From the NCBI GenBank assembly GCA_965645245.1, contig OZ287070.1, forward strand, positions 62,001-126,000: a stretch of DNA of 64,000 bases, read 5' to 3'. Both the position numbers and the translations under genes were made by a program. Shown here one piece after another: positions 1 to 11,873 of the stretch (position 1 is the stretch's first letter; each line of letters opens with the position of its first letter). Under the pieces are notes generated by a model. It was not told where the DNA came from, ran no database searches, and saw nothing but the letters and a program-made list of their open reading frames with translations. Origin of the DNA: Massalongia carnosa. Taxonomy: Eukaryota.

Positions 1-583
1 AAGTAATATCAGGTATGGATGAGCACTCTGAGTGCACACCTCGGCGTCGGTGGTGTTCTTCACGCTGGCGATCGGCTTCGGTATGCTGCTCATGAGTGCA
101 GCACCGGAATTTACGTAGCTGCTTGGCCAGCTTAGAGGATGTGCTCTCAAGTTGACCAGGGCTCGGATTTGCGATATAGGCACTCTGCGCGCTACGCGGT
201 GCCTGCTGTACTGCTAGTTGTGGACTTTGGCCTAGGGGGGGTTCTCTTGAAGGCACAGGTGGTAGTGCTTCAACAGATCCAGCAGGTTGATGAAAATCCG
301 AGGGCGTAGGTGTAGATATAGCAATGCTTGGAGATGGGCGTGAAGTGGGCGAAGTAGGGTTAGAATCGACACTTGTCAAAGGCTTCATCCACGATAATAG
401 CGTGTTTCTCTGCGTTGGGAACGAAGTCCCACGTCTACTACTGGTGCTACTTGACTGAGCCTTGGAAATCCTGCTGTGACTGCGGTGTGTATCTGCAGTA
501 TGCTGTGAACTGCCCTGTTGTATATCAGTATTCGGTGGACTATGAATTGCTGTGTTGTTGTGTCTGGGTGCTGATGATTCGAC

Positions 584-780
584 TGTTAGAATGTACAAAT
601 CAAGCTACTTCATTTCAGCCGCACTCACCTTCTACCGCACGAGTATGACGCACGCTAATGGCTAGACGTATCGCTAGTCTAATACTAGCATACCGTACAT
701 TGTCTATAAATCTAGCTATTCCCACTATATAGAACAATAGCAAGCGTTCTATCCTCTATCTACTATACTACCTTTTGATA
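584..780 (+). mobile_element. Solo LTR (197 bp) of the Copia family at 18364-24317
   Basis: Near-identical to LTRs 18364-18560 and 24121-24317; 5-bp TSD TCGAC (579-583, 781-785). Confidence 0.95.
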
Positions 781-1158
781 TCGACATCACTAAACTGCTA
801 GGCGGCGTAGTCAGAATACAGTGACCCGGCCTTGCTGCTCTCCTGCCTCTCTTGTTGCCCAAATCGTAGTGCCTGGAGCACTTCTGCTGCCTCGAGATAG
901 GCTATCGACTCCTCTAACCGTGCCGTAAACCACCGCGTCATAGTCTGCGTCTTCAATAATTGTCACCTCCTCTGTGCGTATTTTCTCAACTTGTCGAATG
1001 ATTTCGGGCTCCTCGTGTAGGGATTTTGGAGTTGCAGTTCGAGGGGGGTTGTCCTGGGTTAGGTATGCTTCGGGTTCAAGCTCTTCCTCACAGTCTTCCA
1101 CAATATCGCGATCCGGGGGGATTGGTATGTCTGGGCTGGTTCGCAGACCAATGGCAGG

Positions 1159-2994
1159 CCCCCCCCCCCCCTGTATAAATCTTTACTAGTAAACAGCCTT
1201 TTTATTACTCATCCAGGGTGCGTACAAGCTAGTAGTTAGACTACGTATTAATAATGTTGCTGTTACTGACTAATTGTATTCCACACCTACAAATCTACCG
1301 ATTGCGATGACTTCAACTCCAAAAACGCGTCAGCCAATTGCGATACATCATCTTTTCTAGGCTTCATAGTTTTAGCAACCTTTCTCATCGCCGTTCCTTT
1401 CTCGCTTGAGCCCTAGCCTGTTTGACTGATTTCTCGACTCTTTGCTGAGATTCCAACTGCAACTGAGCCTTTGATTTCTTCGCCACACCCCGAGACCTTC
1501 GCGTTGTTGCAGAGGAAGTAGGGAGAATTTGACTGGCGCGCACGTTTTGGCTAAGACTATAAAGAGATGGAGCCGGCGCTGCCTGAGGTAGGGCTTTTTG
1601 ACTATGCTTGGCAAGCACATCGTCAATATCTTCGAGCGAATCCGACGAGGCTTCTGATGTAAGAATAATATTATTTTCGTCATCCGAAGGAAGCATAGGA
1701 TCCATAGAACGACCGAGAATGGGCTGAGTGCTTATATACTGCACCTCGTCATCGTCGTCGGAGACGATAGACGCGTTTTCGATTCTCTCCATAACTAAGT
1801 TTTCTCCTAAACCTATTGTACCCAATATTAGCCGACCCGAGCGCAATAACTTTGCAACATCGTGAATTTTACCTTCTGTTTCACCTTCAACCTCATCGTC
1901 GCCCCCAGCACGCAATCTATTATATCTAAGCCTCCTCCCTTGTTCAATAGAGTCCCTTTGCCTAGTACGTCGCTGTTCAGTTTCTCTAGCCTCAGCTGCC
2001 TCGCGACTAGTGTAGGCACGTCGACGACTCCCTCCTTTCTTATACATGAGGTTTTCTTTGGGCCGAATTTCGTCGGGGAATATGGTGGGGATGAGAGGTC
2101 TTACCAGCTCCTTCTTTTGCCATTTCTTGTTGAACTTTTCAACGATGTGAGCATGCTCGCGAGCGTACTCCTCCCTTCGATGAGAACCTTCTATTGATTG
2201 ATGCAGGTCAATAGATTGATATGCCACAGAATGTAGCAAATCAAGGCCCCGCGGCGAAATCTATCCTCACTCAACACGCCTTTTTCGAGCTCGACCTCAT
2301 CCTTATCCGCCTCAATCTCTCCCGTCCCTTCGACCTCATCGACGATCTTTTCGACCCCGAGCTCCGAGCCGCGAGCGAAATCGAAGGTCATTTGCCAAGA
2401 GACCGCATAAGGTGGGCCATCAAAAAACCAGCGGGGGTGGATGAGGGAAACGGGAATAGGGACCGAGTCGATGATGCATTTATACAACCAGCATTTTCAT
2501 GGGAGAACGTGCCTTAAAGGCAACTCACAATCATAAACACAGCTTCCACCATCAGGGACAATAGAAAGGATTCGTTCAGCTAATGATTTGGCGGCATCGA
2601 GTTCTCCTGAAACGAGGCTAATGGCATGATGCGTAATTTTCCCAATGAGTAACGTAAAAGCATTTCTATCGATCAATCTAGGAGTGCGTATTCGCTGTTG
2701 ATTGCACAAAATCTCCTGATATAATTGTTTTTTCCGCACCTCATTACATATTTTCTGCACCGATTGTCTTATAGGCAAGGGCAAATAATAAGTGAGCGTG
2801 AGGGTGAGGGTGAGGGTGAGGGTATGCTTTATCAGACCGAGTAGGGTAATTATTAGTAGCAATAACACGTCATACGATTTAAACCGAAAAGAGTTTAATT
2901 TGCAATTGGCAGTTGCATTACTAGCTTGTACGCACCCTGGATAAGCAGTGAAATAGCTGTTTACTAGCAAAGATTTACACAGGGGGGGGGGGGG
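1159..2994 (-). mobile_element. Internally deleted TIR DNA transposon with a Mutator(MULE)-like transposase remnant
   Basis: TIR C13-TGTATAAATCTTTACTAGTAAACAGC versus GCTGTTTACTAGCAAAGATTTACACA-G15. Frameshifted minus-strand ORF pieces (1385-~2790) carry a SWIM-like segment CVYDCELPLRHVLP...IPVSLIHPRW. Confidence 0.7.
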
Positions 2995-3597
2995 GGAACG
3001 GTCGGGGGGGACTGTCCCTAAGCACCTCTCAGCTTCATCAGCAGTAGAGTACTTTCGAGGCCTACCACCTGGTTTTTTCAATGGCTCCGTAGAAGGCATG
3101 ATTGGGGAAGAGTGACGCTGAGCAGTCGAAGTCTTAGAGATGACTAGCGACCGCGATAGCTCTGAACAATGAGGGATTTAGGAAAAAACCCTAATTTGGT
3201 TAACGCGCACGACGCGGTACGTGACACCAGAAAACCACAATACAATCCACCAGAACGCCAGCTAAGAATGTAAAATCAATGACAGGTTTAAGTTACTCAT
3301 CGCATGATCTCATCGCATGATAACATCATTCAAATCATCGCATGATCGATCACTTCTCGTGGTCAGGATCAGGATTTACATGAGAAATACAGGAAAAAAC
3401 CCGAATTCGGTTAGCGTGGTACGGTGCTCCAGCGGAATCGAGTGACACGACTTCTCCCCTTGGAATCATCACAACGCAACCAACAACGCTTACAATAGTT
3501 ACCGACTGAATGAGAATGACGATTGAAGTCCTTGCAGATCGATTGCGCCAAAAAAATCCACCACTTGTGTTCTAACCTTCACCCCGGATTCCGACAT

Positions 3598-4148
3598 CAT
3601 GAATGTAGGCTTTAAGTATCGAGCCTCAAATGAATTTCCTTTTCGGCGTGTAACATAGCAACTTCGAGAGTCGAAACCCATTTCAAACGTAGCTTCATCT
3701 GTCCATATAATACGTAGAAAATCATTCAATGTCCATTCCTTGTGCTCTCGAGCCCAGGCCAGCCTATTTAGAAAGGCCTTCCTTCAAGCCTTAAAGCTTA
3801 AATAACAGGCCGCCTTCAGATAACTTCGTACGGTGGTCTTCTGTCCCGTTTTAGAAGGGGTGGCCAAAGACAGAAGATTGTCGTGAGGAAACCTCCCCAC
3901 ATGACGAATTAATTGACGTCTGGCACGGGCATCAAGCTTAGGGGGACGACCGAATCGTTTTTTTCTCAAGGAGATTATATCAGAAGACATAGTATTACGA
4001 TGTAAAATAGTGGTAACGGTCGATTTAGCTAATTTCAAATGGTCAGCTATTTGACCATGGTATTTTTTTAGCTGATGTAGAGCAATAATGGTGGAAAAGG
4101 TCTCGGCTGAATGTTTACGTCTTATGGTCTACGGTTTTGAAGGCATGA
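3598..4148 (-). pseudogene. Tc1/mariner transposase 5' remnant (HTH plus first catalytic D)
   Basis: ORF pieces 3784-4038 (KSTVTTIL, GRPPKL) and 3499-3729 (IIWTDEATF...YLKPTF); frameshifted and truncated near 3598. Confidence 0.8.
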
Positions 4149-4938
4149 GGTAAATTAAAAGAAAAATGGTGGAGAAATGGGATATGGAAAATGAGAGGGT
4201 TTTTTCCGATGGGGTAAAATGACGTTATCGATCGGTGACTTCTGGTACCCGATTTGTAACTCTATTGTGACTATCACGTTGTGTAGCCCCTGTGGATCCC
4301 GTCTTCCAGTAGTGAATGCCTGCTGGGAGAAGGTCTCCCCGTTTTATTTAGATAGACAGTTGGAATTGAGGTGATGTGTCACGGAATCGCTTCGCACCCT
4401 CCCGCTTGTCCTGATCGGGTTAGTATTTAACAGGGCCCATTGCTGTGAAACCTCACCTATCGTGCTCAGGCGTTCTTCTGCCGCCCTCAGCGCACTATCA
4501 ATCTCCTACAATCCGTATTCCAATCTCAACGTCTCCACTATCCAGGCTTATGACTGAGAGTGCTTCAGCACAGATAAAGGCGGGATAGGTCAAAGCAATC
4601 ATGTTAAGGAAATTAGTATAGGAACCGAGATGGGGCAAGTCGAGAATAGGAGAGTTGAAAGCCATGGTTATAAAGTCTATGTGGTTTCCCAGGTGTTTGG
4701 AGATCCTCATCCGACGTCTTGTGTATTATTCTCAACTTCTAGTTTTAGCATATCTAGATATCTGTTCTGCAAGATAGAGTCTTGTATCTCTCCAGCCCTC
4801 CCCTGACATTACGTCCGATCTATATTTTTTGTGTTTTTCAAAGCACTATTCTTCCTTTCTCTTTTAATTTTTTGCCTATAGATAATCGTATTCGTTGATC
4901 AATTATTCAAACAAAAGCATTACGCACCTACCATAACG

Positions 4939-5970
4939 ATGGAAGTCGAAGAAGCCGCAACAGCTTTCTATTGGTATGTATGGAAACTCCATGGCCTGCC
5001 AGATGTTCTAGTTTCTGATCGTGGATCCCAATTCGTATCGGACTTCTGGCAAACATTGTGCAAACGACTAAAGATTGATGCTCGTTTATCAACCAGTTAT
5101 CATCCTGAAACAGATAGTCAAACGGAAAGAGAAAATGCGTCAATGGAGCATTACCTTAGGGCTTATGTGAATTATATGCAGGATAATTGGGTCGAATTTC
5201 TTCCTGGCGCTGAATTCGCTGCCAATAACACTGATTTATCTAGCACTCTGGCATCGCCATTTTTAGCAAATTCAGGGCAACACCCCCGCATGGGCTTTGA
5301 ACCTGCAGAACCTCTACCGGAAAATATATCGACCTAGGTCCGGGCAAATCTGATTGCTGCTGACAAATTCGCTGATAGGATGCAGAAATTAGATTCTCAC
5401 CTGCGTGACGAAATGCTAATTGCCCAAGCCATATATGAATCCAACGCCAACGCAAATCGTCGTCCCTGCCCTCGTTATTCTGTCGGAGATATGGTCTGGT
5501 TAAACACAAAGAATATCCAGACTGCCAGACCTACGGTGAAATTGGACGACAGAAATATAGGACCATATCGGGTAAATCGTGTCTTCCCAAACAATCCTTT
5601 AATCGTACAGTTGGAACTCCCAGAGACTGTCAAGATTCATCCTGTTTTCCATGTCAATCTCTTGAAACACGACCCTGCCGACCCTTTGCCCGGTCAACAC
5701 CCAGCACCGCGTGATCCTATTTTCGCAGAAGACGGGCAACAGGAATGGTATGTAAACAGCATTCTGAACTCAAAATACGATCGCCGTTATCAGCCGCCTC
5801 TGTTGCAGTATTTCGTCAATTGGGAAGGACATACCCCTACTTGGGAACCATTCAACTTCCTAACTAATTGTCAGCAAGCCTTAGACGACTTTTATTCTGC
5901 TTACCCTGCCGCCGCCGGACCACACATCACCCCATGTACAACTCCCCGCTTTCGTTGCCAAGAACTTTAG
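4939..5970 (+). pseudogene. Gypsy integrase core/C-terminus plus chromodomain
   Basis: SDRGSQF, YHPETDSQTER, GPY motif, IHPVFHV, chromo-like YFVNWEG.PTWEP; in-frame TAG at 5335-5337; gag and RT absent. Confidence 0.92.
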
Positions 5971-6009
5971 TCAACTCGCAGGAGCTCGTTCTTGAAGAGG
6001 GGAGCTACT

Positions 6010-6426
6010 TGTTGCGGAGGCTACGGATCATAGGGGTAGAAGTAGGAAACAACAGCAAAAAGCACGTGCGATGATCAAGCTAATTCAATGGCAGGCTACT
6101 AATAATTGATTGAAAATGACTGAGGCTATCTATGGGGGCATATAGCCCATTATATACCGCTGCCTGCCCTTGAGCACGATTCTCCCACTTTCTATGTGAT
6201 CGGTCAGTCAAATGCTGATATGTAAGCTCGTCTTTGTCGGAGTTCCAAAGCTGACATATTTGCCTCATTATCAATCCACTGTAGAATGTTCGAATGTCTC
6301 CTAGAATATCAGACGCGGGATGTTGATGATAAATCCCAAGGTGGCCAATCCAAATACTTCCAATAGCTAGTGCGCATTGGGGTTAGTGCCATTTTCTATA
6401 AGCAGACATCTCGGCTATCCTCAATA
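6010..6426. mobile_element. Solo LTR (417 bp) inserted at the PPT/3' LTR junction of the Gypsy element
   Basis: TGTTG...CAATA ends; TSD CTACT (6005-6009, 6427-6431). Confidence 0.85.
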
Positions 6427-6662
6427 CTACTGTCACGGAATTGCTTCGCACCCTCCCGCTTGTCCTGATCGGGTTAGTATTTAACAGGGCCCATTGCTGT
6501 GAAACCTCACCCATCGTGCTCAGGCGTTCTTCTGCCGCCCTCAGCGCACTATTAATCTCCTACAATCCGTATTCCAATCTCAACGTCTCCACTATCCAGG
6601 CTTATGACTGAGATTGCTTCAGCACAGATAAAGGCGGGATAGGTCAAAGCAATCATGTTAAG

Positions 6663-7001
6663 TGTTGTAATGTGCAAAGTCACCCGGCTGATGCCTAGTA
6701 AAGTGTTCAGAGTCACATAGTACCGCATTGGGATCAGTGCGTTGGTAAGAACATTAGGCATCACTTAACGACCTCGAGAAGCACCGTAAAACTTCTATGA
6801 ACATTCCCATCGAGTCATAAATTGGATATGAGTCAATCACCAATCTTAGATTTCTAGGAAGCAGGAAGATGAGTCATAGGGAGAACGGTTTTCGGCATGT
6901 TTTTCTATCTATATAAACACGGTCCTTAGATAGGTAGATAGAAATATCAATCGTTTCAAAAGTGAGCTTTTTACTATGCCAGCAGAGCTTCAATTACAAT
7001 A
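6663..7001 (+). mobile_element. Solo LTR (339 bp) of the Copia family at 53055-58297
   Basis: Near-identical to 57959-58297; TSD TTAAG (6658-6662, 7002-7006). Confidence 0.95.
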
Positions 7002-7018
7002 TTAAGGAAATTAGTATA

Positions 7019-8295
7019 TGTCAGACTTGGTACATCTACTAAGCGAGCTTGATCTCACGTGCTCAGCCCTACCCATTGTATATAGTCAGCCGAAAATTCT
7101 GTTGTAGCAAATAAAGGTCTTCCATCATCAATATTCTGTCCCACAGTTATGAGCCCGGAATCGCATTTGTTTTAGTCAATTACAGACACATTCTGCTACC
7201 CTTTATTCAATAGACAGAGGAAGCCTTCCTTCACGAGCAGTCGATTGCTGTCTTGTCGTATCATCACGACATTCCTTTCTTGAATCACACACATTACATC
7301 GCATTAGTCAGATACACTCACGAAGTGGATACGAATCGAATAAGCGGACACGAGCGAGTGCCACAAGCGCCTATGCAGAAACACAAGCGGAAGTCGATTG
7401 TCAACGAAATGGGGACATCAAGCAGACACGAAGTCAGACACGAAGTCATGATGAGCGGAAACGGGATGGAAACGAGCTTGAGGTCGGGTAGAAACGAGAC
7501 AAAGCGATAACATGAAAGAGAACACAATTGCGGTCGGGGGAGATAGTGTCCAAAGGTGCACATACTCAGCAAAGAGCTCGTAAGCCCTGCTCAGGCTAGC
7601 AACATTATATGGCTTAGCATCCATTCAGCAGCTACGAAAAGCCCTACATGAAGAGTAGGCATGCGGCCTCTACGTGGCCGGCAGACACGGCTTAGCATCC
7701 GCAAAGCAGCTACACATCGAGCTCGCTGAGGGGCATTATTTTAAGTCTGCGAAGGAGACAGACATAATTCTTAATCTAGTCTACCAGCATAATTGTGACG
7801 ACGATCAAAGAAAGATCTTAATCTAGACTAACAGCAATGCGCGATGACGGTCGAAGAAAGAGTCTTAATCTAGATTATCAGCAATAGTGTGACGACGGTC
7901 GAAGAAAGAATCAACTTCTCATCAAAGAAGTCATCTCAATAAGTCCTTCGTACAGGCCATCAGAAAAAGCCCTACATATTGTAGGCATTACTCTATAGTA
8001 CTCTTCCCATCCACCTATTTATCGGCAAGGCATACGAGCTAAAGGGGTGGTTGTGGGTTTAATGAGGCTACAAAGCAGGATGCCATCAATAAAAGAAGAA
8101 TCTACACAGTTAAGAGGTGCTACGACTAGAGACTCGGGCGACAGTGAGCTTCTACGCTCGAAGGGGTGTGTCAAACTTGGTACATCTACTAAGCGAGCTT
8201 GATCTCACGAGCTCAGCTCTACCCATTGTATATAGTCAGCCGAAAATTCTGTTGTAGCAAATAAAGGTCTTCCATCATCAATATTCTGTCCCACA
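7019..8295 (+). mobile_element. Non-autonomous TRIM-like LTR element (1277 bp)
   Basis: 127-bp LTRs 7019-7145 and 8169-8295 (TG...CA); TSD GTATA; PBS GTTATGAGCCC at 7146; PPT GAAGGGG; no recognisable coding domain. Confidence 0.9.
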
Positions 8296-9282
8296 GTATA
8301 GGAACCGAGATGGGGCAAGTCGAGAATAGGAGAGTCGAAAGCCATGGCTATAAAGTCTATGTGGTTTCCCAGGTGTTTGGAGATCTTCATCGGACGTCTT
8401 GTGTATTATTCTCAACTTCTAGTTTTAGCAAATCTAGATATCCGTTCTGCAAGATAGAGTCATGTATCTCTCCAGCCCTCCCCTGACATGATGATTACTT
8501 GCATTGAAAGGATTTTCCCCCCATTCTCTCAGTTACTAGAATGTTGGGATTCGGTTATTAGATTACCGTATCCGAGCTACATATCGCTTACTGCTTGACC
8601 ACTAAATTGGCTCCCAGCATCCAATAATGAAATCGATCATGTTTCGTACGCCGCGGAATGGGATGGGTTGGGTTGGGTTCTCACGTAAAGAACCCAGCCC
8701 AATGATGGGTTGGGTTCGGGTTGGGTTATTGTTGGGTTGGGTTGGGTTCGGGTTGGGTTTTCATTGGGTTACCCAAATCACATGCCTAGTAATGGACCTT
8801 GACTTATCAACGTGGCGATCGGCGTTAGTATCTTATGTATTCTCAACTATACCATCTACTTACCACCAGGCATACTCTTCCTGGTGGTTGGTTTTCTTAT
8901 CGTACCAGTTCTGGTACTTGATTCGGGTATTCTGTCGAGTGTTCGGTTTGGAATTCGCGCAGGTTTACACGTACGCTTGCGCGGAGTCATCGGTGCCATA
9001 TCTAAAAGCAAATAGGCAAAGCAGACAGGTTATCAGTGGTCGCGCGTGGCAACTAGGTTAGGCTGGGTATGGTTAGGTTCAGTATGACTAGGTTTGGGTG
9101 GCTAGTTTAGGGGGAATATATATGCATGCGTTGGATTTGACTGAGTGTTTAGAACGTAAACGTAGTTATTAATGCTTTATCGTAGCATAATCTAGTCAAT
9201 GAAGTTACATTCCTACAGCTACATTTCAACTGTTACATCCTATATATACATTTTATATATACAATCCTCGTTATTCGCAATA

Positions 9283-11530
9283 ATGAGCAGCTCGCAGATG
9301 GTAGATTCAGAGATATACGATCTTCAAGTTGTAGACAAACCCACCAGATGCTACGCATATGTGGCCGAGAAGAGCGAGGAGTTTATGGAATGGATAAATG
9401 GAATTATCACGAAGTGCTTCTTGCCTTCGAACACGTTGAAGGCTCACACACGGGAATAAAACTTGCTGAAGTATTGAAAAGCGTTTTAATTAGACATTCT
9501 ATTGAAGATCGTTTTTTGGCATTAACCACGGATATTGCATCTAATAACAAAACGATGGTAGATGAGTCGCGACGAATGATACGAAGCAATTGAGCCTTGG
9601 CACTTCTACACACTGATGCTTATGAGATACAGCGAGTGCCTTGTTTATACGTAATTCAACTTGCCGTGAAACAGCTACTTGGGTGTATTCACATTAATCC
9701 CAAAAATGCCGATTTCAAAACTAGCTGGGATGATAAGCAAGATAGACTGGATTTCGAAAACCCGAAACCGGGAGTTCCCCTTAAGCTAGCTAAGGCAAGA
9801 TTTATTTTGTGGTAGTCGTTGTGGTAGTCGTTCTAAATTTCGATTAGGTTCAAGCATTAGCTGTTTACATTAACAGTAGCAATTTACGTAAGGACAACTT
9901 CTACGCTGTCCAACGAGCATTGAATAACGAAGAGAGACGCACCGGAAATTCGGTCAGCGGTACAGTACTTAACCTTTTTCAAGATGTAAATACTCGATGG
10001 GACTCCACATGTCACATATTAATTCGAGCGCTCAAGTTCAGACAAGCGCTGAATAGATATCATGATAAACATGAAGCCGAGTATTTGAGATTGCTCGACG
10101 TGGAATGGTCACAGATAGAATATCTTATCGATTTAACGAAGCTATTCTACGTCTTCACAAAGATGATTTGTCAATCAAAGCAACCGACCATTCATCACGT
10201 GTTCGAGATCTACAATAAGCTGTTCGATCATCTGGATCAAGCTCGCGCAAGATTATCTCGTAAGCGAGTATCGTGGAAACGTGCGCTATTGAATTGCATC
10301 GAGGCGGCTGCAACGAAATTACGTCAATACTATTCTAAAACTCAGGGGTCATTAGGTTATCTATATGGAAAGACGGCATTGCTATCTCCCAATAAGAAGG
10401 ACCTAATTTTCAAGGGTCCCAATTGGGATGCGCCCTATAGGGAAAGTCGATGGGAAGATCAATATTGGCAATCTCTGGAAGCAGAATTCGATATCTACGA
10501 GAATTCTCAAACCTCACAAGTACGCGGGCGTAATGTCGCGGTAATTCGAGACTTGAATAACCTGGATCTTCTTCTGAGTACGAATAATGCTACTCCGCTC
10601 GCTCTAGATAACGAGTTGAACTACTATCGTCAGCGAGGTAGGTTAACTGATACAATAAATCAGATCTTTTCTCATTATGTTCAACTTATTTACAATACAC
10701 AGCCATTTATGATTGTTCGGGTCCTATTCTACAACAGTGGAAAGATCTCGAGCCGGAATTTCCACCAATGAGTATAGTTGCCAGGGACATCCTTGCTGTA
10801 CCAGCCGCTGGCGTTGGATGTGAGCGCGATTTTAGCGTTGCGGGAGCCCTTTACGATCATCGCAAGATTTTTCTTCCGGATACATTCTCCGCGATGATGA
10901 TAGTTCGTTTCTACGATCAGAAGGAGAATACAGATGCAAGTTTACACGTAGATTTGGAAGAAGAAGAAAGTATGAGTCTTGTGGATTTGACTAATGAGAT
11001 GCAAAGGCGACATGAAGACCTAACACAGGTTTTTCAGAAGGTCTACATTAGTGATGAAGAAGACGATAACAATGACGGGGACCAGTTAACGCAGATCGGG
11101 TCATCGCGGGTTGAGCAGGTCTCAGCGCGAGATGTAAGCATCGAGTCACCTACTTTCGTGTCTTCTTGAGCTAATTATTCTACAGAAAAGTAAGAAACGA
11201 ACTTACAATAACAGAAACTCCATTTCCGAGCAACGCGATAGGAATAAGAGGATTGCAACGCGCACAAGAAGGGGTAGGCTTCCATCAAGCGAGGAGGTAA
11301 AGAAGGTTATGATAGAGCATGATGTGGTGGATGAGGTGGAGGAGGTGGAGGAAGAGGAAGAGGGTATAGTGGATGAGGTGGAGGAGGAGGAGGAGCAGGA
11401 GGGTGTGGGGGAAGATTAGTAGAGGAGGAGGAGGAGGAGGAGGGTGTGGTGGAGGATGAGGTAGAGGAGGGGGGTGGAGAGGGTGGGGGTGACAAGAAGG
11501 TAGAGAGTAAAGGAAGAGATGGCGAGAGAC
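9283..11530 (+). pseudogene. Intron-containing hAT transposase with internal deletion and stops; Gly/Arg-rich tail
   Basis: GSHTG, TTDIASNN, DVNTRWDS, dimerisation motif ARDILAVPAAGVGCERDFS; probable intron ~10638-10702. Confidence 0.88.
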
Positions 11531-11798
11531 TTTCTTTACGAGTTTTGAATAGGACGCGATGAATTGGCGACATACTTCGATATTCGATAGAAGATAGCAT
11601 ATGAATTTGTGATAGTCTTTATGGTAGTTCGAAGTCAACGAAATAAATGTTTTATCTATAATCTACATTTTACTTTGTGATAGTCATTAAAATAAATCTA
11701 CAATGATTGAAAATCCTAACTCATGTGATAAATATTGCATTCGTGTTTTGTGGTAGTCATGCTAGTAGTCATCATTTACACTCGCATATTTTTTCTGT

Positions 11799-11873
11799 GG
11801 GTACTGATATATGGATACCATATCCGCTACCTAGACTCTAGGTAGCGGATTGGGTGTCCATATATCAGTACCC
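11799..11873. mobile_element. 75-bp palindromic miniature insertion (MITE-like)
   Basis: 37-bp arms with about 3 mismatches around a 1-nt loop; 8-bp TSD TTTTCTGT (11791-11798, 11874-11881). Confidence 0.85.

Larger units (their letters stand above)
1..3099 (-). pseudogene. Interrupted long ORF of unknown function, probably belonging to a repeat or transposon; split by the element at 1159-2994 and the solo LTR at 584-780; runs off the window edge
   Basis: Starts MPSTEPLKKPGGRPRKY (AT-hook-like GRP). Removing the insertions rejoins readable coding segments (PAIGLRTSPDIPIP, RNTLLSWMKPL, KLAKQLRKFRCCTHEQH). Family not verified. Confidence 0.4.
4377..8488 (+). mobile_element. Internally deleted Gypsy (chromovirus-type) LTR retrotransposon with three nested insertions at its 3' end
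   Basis: 5' LTR 4377-4808 (TGTCAC...CTGACA); 3' LTR in pieces 6431-6662, 7007-7018, 8301-8488; TSD TGATG (4372-4376, 8489-8493); polypurine tract near 5994-6004. Confidence 0.93.

Noticed and set aside
8659..8770. Telomere-like GGGTT repeats (mirrored at ~11885-11960)
   Set aside because: They are hAT subterminal repeats inside TIRs with a TSD, not TTAGGG tracts.
11285..11638. Pro/His-rich minus-strand ORFs
   Set aside because: Antisense shadows of the GGA-rich hAT tail.
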